Below, in pieces: positions 51,701 to 63,460 of a stretch of 64,000 bases of DNA. This stretch comes from Cetorhinus maximus (Eukaryota). Each line of letters begins with the position of its first letter. The stretch's first letter is position 1. The DNA lies in contig NC_135879.1 in NCBI RefSeq assembly GCF_964194155.1, forward strand, positions 102,982,001 to 103,046,000, given 5' to 3'. Both the position numbers and the translations under genes were made by a program. The notes beneath the pieces were generated by a model. It saw only the letters and a list, made by a program, of their open reading frames with translations. It had not been told where the DNA came from and did no database searches.

Positions 51701-53373
51701 TGCAGGTCTGAGCACATATCCGGTAGCCACTGAATGTTCTGCTAGACCTGGCTCTCCATGGCAGTTGCTGACTTTTCCATGTCGGAAGTCATGCACTCAT
51801 AGGCAGGTGCCATGACAGAAGTCATGACTTGGACGGATACCTCGACCTTCGCTCAATGCTAAGCATACCTCTGTGAGATATTCTCCTGCTGTATCTGCAT
51901 CTCCAGCAGGCTTCTTGTGGCCTTTCCCAGAGGCAAGTCAGTAGCATTCGGCTCAGCATGGGTCTCATCTCCTGCAGTCCTCCAACTATAAAGGTTCTCG
52001 GCTGTCACATCCTCCATCAGTTGCTGCGTCGTGTCTGTGATTAGTCCACCAGATTGTGACCCCAAGCCTAATCATAAATGCATTAGCACTGAGGTGGCTG
52101 CCCCTGCACTGTTCGAGGGTGTGGAGGAATGATCTCATTGTGCATCCTCTGAGTGTTCCGTGTCATCATCCTCAGAGGTGAAGTTGTGGCTTTCTGCAGG
52201 CTGTGGCCAACCTGTCTCCTGACTGCCAGGACCTGTAGCAGAGAACGCAAAGAAATAGCTTGTGGTTTTGCACAATCCCTTTTCCCAGTGCACTGTCATG
52301 TGTGCCTCCTATATGCCCAGTTCTTGACACCAGGTTGGAGACATCCTCACCCTTTTGTGTTGGCACTCTAGCCTCGCTGTCTGCAGCTGAGCTTCTGCCC
52401 TGCTGCCCGGTCAGCTTAACTGCAGGGGTCAATATATGGATGTCAGGGGCCACCACCAGTCTTCAAGTGCACTTTGTCCTGCAGGCAGGCAGAAGAATTG
52501 TGCATCAGCTCAATAGACAGCAAATCCTTTAAAAGACGTAGGCGTACGATAGCTAATGTCACCTCCCAAGTAAATGTTTTACACACACAAACACACACAC
52601 TCTTTCTCTCCTACAACCAGTACAATTTTCACAGCATGAACTGGCCCCCACACATTCAGGTCACATTATCCATCTGGTGCTGAGACCTGGAACCTCTTCA
52701 CTCACACATTTACATTGCTCGATGCCATCATGAGTGCCACTTTGCAGTGACTACACCTTGCCACTTACCCCTTGAGGAATGCAAGAGATTGTTGAGCCTT
52801 TCGCGGTACTGGACCCAATCTCACTTATGGACCACACAAGTGGCTGTTAATCTCCACTGCAATTTCCATCGAGGCCTCCTTGATCAAGATTTCCCCTGCT
52901 GTCATCACTGGGAAACAGGACCTTCCACCACTCCCAGACAGCTGGGGGAGAACCTGCAGAGTGGCATTGTAAAGGGTGGGGTCACTCAATCTTTATCCTG
53001 AGACATGTGGTTCACTTTTCAATGGGGTGACAGCAGGTGATCAGTATTGACAGGTGGGAGGGCGTGGCAGCAGTTCAATTTCCTCCCCTCAGTCAGGCAG
53101 AATGATGCTGCTGGCTTGCAGGGAGTGGAAACCTGTCCGGGTGCCATTTAAATATGGCACCTGGACCTTCGACCCCATGAGGTAATGGTGGGATCAGCGA
53201 CTTACCACCCGCCCACACTGCACGATTAGCCAGGCCCCTCATCAAACCTGAGTAGCTAATTGGCTGGCCGCTACATGATTGAGCACAGCCATACCATTCC
53301 GCCCACGAGCGGAAGTTCTGCCCATTTCCAGTTCCACTGTCAGGGCACTCACTGCTCCGACAGAATTCTGCTC
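48779..53373 (+). mobile_element. Autonomous-type Harbinger element (decayed): transposase (+) and Myb/SANT gene (-), convergent
   Basis: GGGTGGAATCT / AGAATTCTGCTC ends and perfect AAT TSD. Transposase about 49912-50610 (QGAIDCT, GSHDSY, LGDREY, MEQTIGLLK). Myb gene about 53006-51280, exon 1 ending at 52769 with GTAAGT. Confidence 0.88.
49570..49910 (+). mobile_element. CR1 ORF2 C-terminal fragment replacing the transposase N-terminus
   Basis: LEAVQRRFIRLIPG...LEFRRVRGDLIETYKILRG. Confidence 0.9.
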
Positions 53374-53779
53374 AATAACTCAAGTGTCATAGTGACCGCT
53401 CCCATTGTCCATTGTTGAAACCTCTATTCAGACACTGCAAGGGAAAGTAGGGAAACAAAACACTTGACAGCAGGCATCAGCTGCCCCAGATAAATTAATC
53501 CCATAGCAGTTTATACTTAAAGGATCACCAAGCTATCGCAAGGATTTATTTGTGATTTGGCTTTATTTTTATAAAAAAACTTTACCTCACATCTACTGCA
53601 AAAGAGTTTGGTAAGTTTGTGCTGCTCAAGGGTTAGTTCAATTTAAATGCCCACCGTCCTGAGAAGGTTTTTTTTTTGAAAGGCTGCTGTTTTTGTTTCT
53701 TTCAAAATACAGGCTGCATATGGCATGAATCATGTTGAATTGGGCCCACATTTGTGTGATGCCATTAGGAGAAAACATG

Positions 53780-54491
53780 GGGCAGAATTTTCAGGTCGGC
53801 GGGCGGATGCGGTGACTGGACCTGGGAGCGGCAGGGAAACAGTCCGCCGCCCGCGATCAGTCCCCAACCGCGATTTCACGCTGGCTGGCCAATTAACGGG
53901 CAGCCAATGTGAAAGGCGCGCTGAAAGGCTCAGCGCTGGTGAGGTGGGGGTGTGAGGAGGGCGAGCGCTGAAGTCAGCGCGGGCACAGGGGGAGCGTGCA
54001 ATGAAAGCTCTCTGAAGGCAGAGAGCTGCCTCAAGGAGCTGAAGAATTTTAAATACAAAAATATAGATTTTGAAATTCTGACAAAAATGTCCCCACATCA
54101 GACTCCCTCACACGAACACGTAGGTTATAAAAATTCTGTCAAAACATATTTTTCAAAATTAATAGCGGAAACCTCATCCAGCCTGTGGATGAGGTTTCCT
54201 CAAAAACTCAAAGGCCGCCTGGCTGATTTGCCCGCCCGCCCGATTTGCCAGCCCGCCAACCATAATGTTGGACGGGCAGCAAAAAAATCAGACTTAATTA
54301 ATAAATTAATGGCCTTAATAGGCCTCTTCATTGTCAGTGGGCATGCTGCTGACTCTTGCGTGTGCCCGCCGACCGAAATATCGCGCGAGGGTGCGTGATG
54401 ATGTCAGGACGCTTGCCCGACGTCATCACCTGCTAGTTTAGGCCTGATCGGGTCAGACGCACGCCTTCCCGCTGGAAGTATAATCCTGCCT
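53780..54491 (+). mobile_element. Harbinger-type MITE
   Basis: GGGCAGAATTTT / TAATCCTGCCT ends and ATG/GTG TSD. Confidence 0.9.
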
Positions 54492-55617
54492 GTGATTCTT
54501 CTGACATTGGCCCCACCTCACTAACACAATTTTTTTACTCACCTTTTGGTGAGAACAGAGCTCCTTTAATGCGCCACACCAGCAGACTAATTTCTGTGAC
54601 ATTTAATCCATTGCTTTGTGGTGCCAGTTTTCAGGTTTTAGAAATGTTTGTTTTACTGTGTATCTGGATTCCTTCTGCTTTGACTTGAAATAAATACTCT
54701 ACTTCAATAAATCCAGAACAAATATAGAATATTGCAGCCTTTCACAGGACAAATCCTGATAAGGATTAGTTTCAGTTTGGATGGTGCTTTTCAGGCATCA
54801 TAAAGCAAAGTAAAGCACCTGATGCTAATAAATATTAATCCTTAGTTAACCCTTGCCCACCAAGTTATTACAATACCCTCCTGTTCCAAGTCAACATTTA
54901 AACTAACCAGTAATCTAGGGAGCTGCCTAGTTTTTGGTTAACTGGGTATATTGATAAATCAGGGGCAGCAGTGGATGAAGAAGCAGTCTTTCAACTTTTA
55001 CAGGTAGGTTGAAAGAATGATGGCTTTCTTTTGATTGCAAGGATCTTGGGTAAAATGACTGCAGGCATTTCTAATCCAGTCCCAAGTGATAGGCGAACAA
55101 AACCCTCTTAATCAGAGAAAACACAGGATGGCTGGTGCTGAAAATGGAAACTGATACAGAAAGTACACAAGTGGAACAGATTAGATGCCACTCTACATCA
55201 TATCGGGTCAATGTGAAGATTATTCCCCCATGCATTAAATCTCTGGCTCTTTCAGGGATAAGTCACCACTCACTATGTTACCAAGTTAAGAAGTAGCACA
55301 AAGTAGCAAAATAGTATTCAACAACAGTTTTTGCCTGACAATCGTCATGACAAGTACCTGCATGATGGTATTAGAAATCTTTCATGCCATACTTTTAAAG
55401 ACTATATTTTTAAAACAAATAAAGCCGGAACTTAAGATAGCTCCTCAGGGCTACCAGGCAGTTTTTGTAGATTAAACTATCTTATCTCTCAAGAGGACAA
55501 AGATACCTTTTTTGGTATTGTTTCACTGTGGGTTTCGCCAGGAGATAAATAAAACTCCATCGACACCTTCATTATAAAAATGCTAATTTACCTTGTCAGA
55601 TCTAAAGACTTTGGCCA

Positions 55618-58600
55618 CCTGCTTCAGAACATCATGGTCTTGGCGAACTGGGTGGGGATGGGAAGTCTAACTGTAAGTGGGAGAGGTAGGTGTATGGGTA
55701 GGGGTGGGGTGTTGTGGTGTTAGGAGAGGAAGGTCTAGGTGTGACTAGGAGAGGAAGGTATACCGAGTGGGGTGAGCTTGGGAAGGGGGAAAAGGGAGTT
55801 TGGAGAGGGGAAGGTGTCCAGGAAGGAGGAGGGAGTACAGAGGGGGGATGGTTGTCCGGGGGGACGAGCGAGTTTGAGAAGGGTAGGTGTCCAGGGGGCG
55901 GAGGGAGTAAGTAGTGTGCGGGCAGGGGGATATCCAGGTGAATATGCAAAGGAGGGGCCTGTGGAGTCAATGGCCACCTCCTGGGGAGCAAACTAATGGT
56001 GGGCATGGTAGGAGGGAATGGTGAGTGTGAGAGGGGGCAGAAGAAGTCAGTAGGGTGGGAGGGTGAGGGTGCATTGGTAGCGGTAGAAGGAACGGCGAGG
56101 GTGGTTGGTGGGGACTCAGAGGCAGACATGGACCCTCAGGGTAAGAAGGAGGAGGTCTCGGAGATCAATGTGGATGAGTGTGAGATTCTCAGGAAGGTAG
56201 GGAACATCCATGTTCACTTGGACATCCTGGAAAGACAAGGGTTTGGGTTGGTGGCTGACGGTGGGGAGGCGGAAGGTGATGTTGGGGGGTTAAATGTAAT
56301 GGGGGGAAAGGATGTGGGTGACTGGGGGAAGGGAAAGCACGGGGGAGCTGATCAAAAAGTTCACTACGACCTTAGTTGTTGAAATCAAAATTGAGCGGAG
56401 ACTCGTGTTGGACAGGCACAGGTGCTGCATGGGAGTGTGATCAGTGGGTGGGTGGAGATGCAGGTCAGCTCAGATGGACAACTGAAAGTGAACCCCAGCA
56501 GGCAGCATTGAAAACATTCAGGACATTCATGTGAGTGTGATGAATGAAAGCTCCGCTTGTGTGGGAGAGCGCTTGTACAAAGCTCCAAAAGGCCCTGCCA
56601 CACATACATTTATCCCTCCAGAATCAATCGTGGTCTGGCTGCGAAAAGCTGAACTGCTAGTTGCCTGGGGTGCTGGTGTGCAGGGAGAGGACTCACAAAG
56701 CCAGTAAATGAAGCTGAAAGACACTATTACATATTATTCAGTGAAAGTGAATATATTTTCATATTATAAAGTGACAAAATTTGTTCACCTGTGCAACCAA
56801 CTGTGATCAGAGTTTCTTAACTTTTCTAGGCCTGCCGCTTCTTCTAGGTGCTGCCCTGACACCTGCAGCAGGGGCGGAGACAGCTTGTGTAATGGTTGGC
56901 CCCGCTGCCTCTAATAAATTCATCTTGTGTCGTCCGGAGAGCAAAAGCCTTGAGGGCCCAGGCTTGCTTTGTCTGTCCTTCTGTGGGCCAGCTGCTCCCT
57001 CAGCGGTGACAGAGGATGAGATTGAGGGGATCACAGGAAAAAGGAACTTGGAGGGAGAGGACAGCCTCTGAGATTACTGAGTGGATGACCCAGGGGTGTC
57101 CAGCTGCTGCTCCTCCTCCCTTCGGGTGCTCGAGGGCCCCAGCCTGACTCCTTGAGGGGAAGGAGCACCTGGAGGGATGTTGAAATGCACTGTTTGCCTC
57201 TCTTGTTGCCACTGCAGGAACTCACCCATGGCTACCACAATGGAGTGCAGGTCTGTACACATCTCCATGTTCTGCTGGACCAGGGTCTCCCTGGTGTCTG
57301 CTATCCTCCCCATGGAGACCTCAACATGGGAGTACCACTTCATCAGAGAGCAGGCAGACGCACTCTTCTAACTCGTGTGCCACTCTGTTGAGGGCTTCCA
57401 ACAGCTCAGCATTCTCCTCCACCTTCTGCTGACTCTCCACAGTGAGCAGGAAGGCCGAATGCAGACGCTCATCATCTGACTCGGCCCTAAAAGATGCCTC
57501 TTCCCTGACAGTCTTCTGGGGAGCTTAGCTGAACTTGCCCCCTCCTGTTGTGGACATGTGTCCATGTGGTAACCACCAGGTTGTGAGCTTAAGCCTGCTC
57601 TAGATCTATGTCCCACCAAGGTGTTTGTCTCTGTATTGGTGCAATGTGTGGGTAAGCACTGTGACGGGTCTTCCAGGCAGCTTATTTCCAGCTCTTCAAT
57701 GGAGGAGGTGTTCCTCTTCGTTGGAGGTGAGGACATGGATGGAGCTGAGGGAATGGCTGGCTGGGGGTGTCAGCTGCTTGGCAGAGCTCCCTGTAAACCA
57801 AAGTAGAGATATTACAACATGGCAGCAGAGTCAAATGCAGGAGAGAGAGAGAGAGAGAGCATTCATTGTTGCATTGAGAGAGGGATGATATGATGTTGGA
57901 TCCTCACGAGGGTGTTTGCCACCGACCTCACCATCACTGCAGGCATGGTCCACGTCCTCACCAGTCAGCATGATGGCACACTCCTCACAGTGAGTGAGGG
58001 ACCCAATGTGGGTCACTCCACTCCTGGTCTTGGACCTCTCCCAGCTGTTGTGAGCCAGCTTCTCCTGCATGACAACAGATGGAGAGAGTGTGAGCGGGAC
58101 GCATGGCCCTGTGTGGAATGTTTGTGTGGTGAGTGAGCCATGGAGAGAATGAGGATACAAGCTCCAGAGGGTATGAGCCTGATGAAGATATGAGGGTGTG
58201 TGTGAGAGTTAGTGATGTTGCCCCTTGAGGTACAAGATCCCTGTGGGTGTGTGATGGGTTTGTGAGTGTTTGAGTTGAGAGGGATGAGGTGGCTGACTTA
58301 CCCTGGTGGAACAGATGAGATCATTCGTCCTCTTCCTGCAATGAATAACTGACTTGCTCAGTGCTCCAGTGGTGCTGACCACCATTGCCACAGCCTCCCA
58401 GGCCAGATTGGTGACTCTGGTGGGCCAAAGCGGGGGTAGAGGACATGCCGACGGCCTTCCACTACGTCCAGCAGGCGCCCCAGAGAAGCGTCACTTAATT
58501 TGGGGGCTGCTGTCTTTTTTGCTTTTGGAGCCATTTGTCACCTGGAGCAGTCCTGGCCTGTAGACATGGGGCTGGATTTTCAGCTTGGCGTGTGGCAGCT

Positions 58601-59483
58601 GGCCCGACACGCATCAGCATGAAATAGCGCGCGATGATGTCAGGCGAGCGTCCCGACATCATCACCCACTCGTGCGATATTTCGGTCGGTGGTTGCGCGC
58701 AGGAGTGGGCAGCGCACCCGCTGATAATTAAGAGGTCTGTTAAGCCCATTAATAAATTAATTAAAATGTTTTTTTTCCTGCCCGTCCAACCTTACTTTTG
58801 GCGGGCGGGCAAAAAGGCCAAGCGGCCTTTGGATTTTTGAGGAAATCTCATCCACGGGCAGGATGAGGTTTCTGATATTAATTAAAACTAAAATAAAAGT
58901 TTTTAAATCTCATTTTTAACATGTCCCTGCTCATGTGACAGAGTCACATGAGGGGACATGTTTACCCTAATTTTAAAAGCTTTATTTTTAATGTTAGAAA
59001 TCTTCAGCTCCCTGACAAAGCCCTGTGCCTTCAGGGAGCTTTCACCGAGTGCACCCATGCGCATGCTCTGACTTCCACGCTCACCCTCCTCCCCCCGCGA
59101 CCCAGGCAGCGCTGAGCATTTCAGTGCACGATCCACGCTGGTTGGCTGTTAATTGGCCAGCCAGCGTGAAATCGTGGTCGGGGCCTGATGGTGGGTAGCG
59201 GACCATTGCACGGCTGCTCCTGGGCCCACCTGCCTGACGAGGGGGAAATCCTCCCTATGAAGTAGGCTGTGCTCTGGTGCACTTTAAACATGGCACCCAG
59301 TGCTAGGGAGCACTGAGGTCATGGCGTGGCGGCAACTCTGAGCCCGTGAATGCATTATTAATGATGTGCAATGCACCAGGAAGGGGATGATATAGCACGA
59401 AAGCCCGTCATTGTGGCCGGTGCGTAAAACCACTTTTTCATGCCTGCTACCGCACTTGGTGCAAATCTGGGATGTTTCCACCT
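55618..59483 (-). mobile_element. Harbinger Myb/SANT element, sister of 41229-45572 (one end truncated)
   Basis: Terminus GGGATGTTTCCACCT at 59483. EKLAHNSWERSKTRSG and RAAPRRSGRPRKVKKL*. Colinear with the 41229 element including the cargo region. Confidence 0.9.
58569..59256 (-). mobile_element. Harbinger-type MITE nested in a Harbinger element
   Basis: GGGCTGGATTTT / AAATCCTCCCT ends and ATG TSD. The empty site is visible in the sister copy at about 41480. Confidence 0.92.
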
Positions 59484-60009
59484 ATTGACTGCTGCAGCCA
59501 GTTAATCAATAAAGTAACTACCTAGAACATCTCGAAAGAGAAAATAAGCCTCTCCTTCTCTCCTCTAACCTGCTCCATCTTCAAGCCTACTTGTGAAATC
59601 ATGTGGATCAACCATAGGAACTATCACAACTATTGAGAGGTCTCTGCATTTTTGAGACCTTCACTTCAGCTAAAGTGACAACTCAACTACAAAACATTAG
59701 GCCTACACCGAAATAGGAACTGAGTTAAATTCCATTTTCATAATTACTGTTTTACCGGCAACTGTATTTAGTTTTTGTGTGTGGGATAGTGTGCATGAGT
59801 TTTGTAAGTGAGACGTCACATTTTCATTAAGTTCCAGGGCAAGTGTGTGAGAAATAATCTAACCTCCTTCATTTTAAAAAAAAACAAAAGCTTGCTGCTG
59901 GATTATTTAACATGACTCAATCACTCTGAGGATAGTAAAATACATACATCCACATATGAATATATTTGATCACAGGCAATAAAGTTAACATCTTAAAATT
60001 GTCCATGAC
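59484..60009 (+). mobile_element. Possible LTR remnant
   Basis: Ends CCATGACA and has LTR-like composition. No partner LTR or TSD. Confidence 0.3.
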
Positions 60010-60625
60010 ACAATTTTCAAGGTATTATGATAACTCACAAAAGAATGCATTTCTCTGCTACTGTAGCTACCTTGGTACCTGCTTTCTTACTTATGTATGG
60101 CCCTAACCTTTTGCTTCTATATTGTGCTCCCCCAGTGACAAAGGCTGAGAGGAGGGTGGCATGTAGGAACCTTCGAAAAATGAGGTGACACTTGCAATTG
60201 CAGTTTCCAGTCATACCTCTTGCAAGGATGGTCAGACCCAGGCACAGAACTCGTGTATTGGCATCAGAGGGGGAAGAAAGGAAGATACTGAAGGTACAAC
60301 TATTATCTTGAGAGACAAGATGTCTGAAATAATTTCAGCAGGAGACTAATGGAAATCTCAAACAGCTGAGAATGGGGGACCCACATGGAATTTCCAAATA
60401 TGTTTCTATTGCGCATCCCTTGTGTGTCATGGGCCTCTCTGTTTTGGTGATCTTGGTGGATATTCATAGTACTTCATTATTTAAGAAGTTGCATTGCTGA
60501 ATGCCTGTACATTTAATTTGCTAGCTCCAGAGGATGCAGAAGATAAGCAACATCTATTGGTGGATCTGTATTCGTGTCAGGGTTTATTTTGCCAGATACA
60601 CTCGTGGGATATATGTATTTTTTAG

Positions 60626-60729
60626 ATTCTCCTGTTGCTTGTGCATGGCCATATACTGGCACAGAACCAATGTTAACAAGTGCCAACTGGCTTTTCCAGT
60701 GTTGCTTCTCACCATGTGGTTTGGTTAAG
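60626..60729 (+). CDS. Possible internal host exon (104 bp), unidentified
   Basis: TTTTTTAG acceptor and AAG|GTAAGA donor. One open frame, (D)SPVACAWPYTGTEPMLTSANWLFQCCFSPCGLVK. Confidence 0.3.
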
Positions 60730-60829
60730 GTAAGAAAGTAGGCCAAAATGGTTAGGTCAACTCCCAAAACTGCCATGGTTCCTTAAAGCCTAATCCATGA
60801 AAACAAAAATAAGAATCCAAGAACTTGCT

Positions 60830-60985
60830 TTGACATCACAAAAGGCAGCACCTTCAACAGTCCAGCACCCCTTCCATATGAGATGAGCTGACCAAAATTA
60901 TAAGTTCAAGGCCTGTCGTATGACTAGAACCTATAACCCTCTCATCCAGGGGTAGGAATGCTACCAACTGAACTGAGGTGATTCT
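60830..60985 (-). mobile_element. DeuSINE 5' fragment
   Basis: Reverse complement has a tRNA-like head (CAGTTGGTAGCATTC...GGTTCTAGTC) and ...GAAGGTGCTGCCTTT. Confidence 0.55.
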
Positions 60986-62059
60986 TGCACCTTGGAACTT
61001 GTATCCCAAAGCCTCTTTCATTGTGTCATGAGAAATACCCTTTATCTGCCAAAGTTATCCCTCCTTAGCTCCTTAGAAAGCTGGTTGCTTTCTATGGGGT
61101 GTGGGGGTCAATAGTTTGTGGTCTTAGTCTTCTAACTTAACCTATTCTTTCCCTTACAAAAATGTGTCAGCTTTTCCTGTAATAAAAGCAATAATGATTA
61201 ATAGGTAGTGATTTAGTTCATTGAAATTGCTTGCTACAGTTCATTCTCTCTCCCATCCTGGCATGTGTAATTCAATTTGCATAACCCTGCTGTTTTTCAC
61301 TTGATACATCCTTGTTAACAAATCTCTGTGTCAGCACAGCTTTTCCTTGCATTTATATTTAGCAACTACAACATTCCATCATGTTAATATGCTGCTACTT
61401 CCCTGCAACAGGCATGCCTTAATTCTTCTGCTTTTTAAGAATACAAGGTTTTTTTTCTCTCCCTTCCCGCATACCCTCCTAGTCATTTGTAACGCATTAT
61501 CTCTGTCAGATACTCCAAGCTTGCATTATCCTTCAAATATATGGGGCTGTCTTCCAAATTCAAAAATGTCTTGGCGATGTTCCATGGAGTTCATGAGGAC
61601 GTTGGGTGCATTGCTTCTATGATTAGACTTTCTTATTTAATTAAGACATTCTCCGTTCCAACTGTGCATGCAGAAATTTTATTGGAAATTTATATCAAGT
61701 GGAGTATTAACTGCCTAATAGCTGTTCTGAAAATGAAGGCTTTGGGCTGTTTCGGGTGTTTCTTGGTCCCAAACCCACCCCCAGAGCAAAGCACGCTTTG
61801 GATTTTGACTGGAGCCCCCCTAGGGTCGGTAACCCTCACGATTGGCCTGGAGACTCCGGGAATTGAAGAACAACCTTCAGGACACTGCCGTGTACGATCT
61901 TGGAGAAAAATCATAGGGACATTAAAAAATATACTTTTTTGCCATTTTCTTTGAGCTCTCCTCTTTACCATATACAAAAATATTGAAAATGGGAAGAAAG
62001 GCTGTTTGGTTGACAGTCAAGCATCATCCAATGGGGCAACGAGTCCTTGCTTTCCAATT

Positions 62060-62729
62060 AGGGTAGGAAGGCAATGCATCACAAGGATGGATGTGTTAGC
62101 CCAATAATGGCTGGAGCGTGTCTAATTAAAGGTGGCAGTGGGGCTCAAAGCTGGAGGCCAGAGGAGTTCCAGCTTGACAGGAGCAGCAGCCTGCCATGAG
62201 TGGGAAGTAACTGTAAGTGAAGTGCAACATGAAGGGTGCCCCTCACCAACTTTTTTAAAAGTTCAAGTAAAATTTAGAAAAAAACAGTCATGCCAGGTAT
62301 GGTGAGGAGTAGGGGGAGGCGGTGGGGGAGAGTTGCATAGGGGGAATACCTCGACAGAGCAGTCTCGGCTGCACCACCAGGCAGGCAGAGAGGGTCTGAC
62401 AGCCTACCTGGAGAGCTGGCCTCACCCCAGTCTGCCTCTGGGTGGCACATCCATGCAGTTAAACTGTCCCCCGTCGAGTCAGAAAACTGGAGGCTAATTG
62501 GGAAATCCCAATTGGCCTCCTTAAACTACCCTTAACAAAACTCTTAATAAGCCTAATTGGCGTCCCACCTTATGGAGGGCAGGCAGCCCTGCCAGGCCCT
62601 GAATCTGCCTCCCTAAAATGGCTGGCACCAGAAATGGGGTCAGAAAACTTGTGTGCCCAGCAGCGCTGGTATTTTTGTGTCATCACCTGCCTCTGTCCCC
62701 AACCTTAGTAGGGCTTGAAATTCTGTCCC
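62060..62729. mobile_element. Old Harbinger-like MITE remnant
   Basis: Ends GAAATTCTGTCCC with CTAATTGG subterminal motifs. Left boundary unclear. Confidence 0.45.
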
Positions 62730-63065
62730 TCATTTATACAGTGCTTTATTACATCTTCTGGCCAACTGAAATTACTTTACAGCCAATGGGCTAGTTTTGA
62801 AGTGTAATTATTGTTATGTAGGAGATGCAATATCCAAAAATAGCCAATTAATAATTGACAAGATAATCCATTTACATTGGGTTTAATGGAGGAACGTTTA
62901 ATGGAGAAAATCCCTGCTCTTCTTTGAAAAGAGCCATGTGTTCTTTAATGCCTACTTGTGCAGGAAGGTGGTGCTTCAGTTTATTTATCCCAAACACAAC
63001 ACCTTCTATGATGCTGTATGTCTCAGTCCTGCAGCAAAGTATAGGTCGAGTATAAATGCTTAGGT
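62730..63065 (-). mobile_element. DeuSINE (SacSINE1-like) remnant
   Basis: Reverse complement has ...AGAAGAGCAGGGA...CACTTCAAAA...CATTGGCTGTAAAG...TATAAATG. Confidence 0.65.
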
Positions 63066-63079
63066 CATTTAAAAGTTTA

Positions 63080-63272
63080 CAATTTAAAGTAATTGGTAGA
63101 AAGATTTGAGGAGAGTCAAAGAGTCACCTTAAATTTCATCCACTGTGGTGGAGGTCTGGAATTTATTGCCTGAAAGGATGATAGAAGTAAAAGCTCTTAT
63201 TACTTTTAAAATACAATTGAATATGCAGTTGAGGGGCCCTAACCTACAGGACTACAGGCCAAGGACTGGAAG
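63080..63272 (+). mobile_element. CR1 3' fragment
   Basis: VVEVWNLLPERMIEV...FKIQL motif of the CR1 ORF2 end. Confidence 0.6.
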
Positions 63273-63333
63273 GCACAGCTGTCTGACTCGGAGACAATAT
63301 TAGTTCTGATGCCACCTCTTTCCTTGTGTTTAT

Positions 63334-63460
63334 GGGTGGGATTTTACGACCCCCACCGCTGCCAGGATCGTCAGGTCCTAACAAAAGTCAATGGACTTTT
63401 GGATGGGCAGCCGAATCTCCCATGGCAGGTCCCGCCATAACAGGGCCGGAAAATCCGGCC
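63334..63460. mobile_element. 127-bp Harbinger-type MITE
   Basis: GGGTGGGATTTT / AAAATCCGGCC ends and perfect TAT TSD. Confidence 0.9.

Noticed and set aside
55996-56382. Gly/Glu-rich plus-strand ORF (and 44376-44561 minus)
   Set aside because: Best explained as the antisense shadow of the candidate cargo frame, because substitutions look more conservative on the other strand.
60211-60293. Second small exon upstream of 60626
   Set aside because: Weak donor (GTACAA), poor polypyrimidine tract, and unrecognisable peptides.
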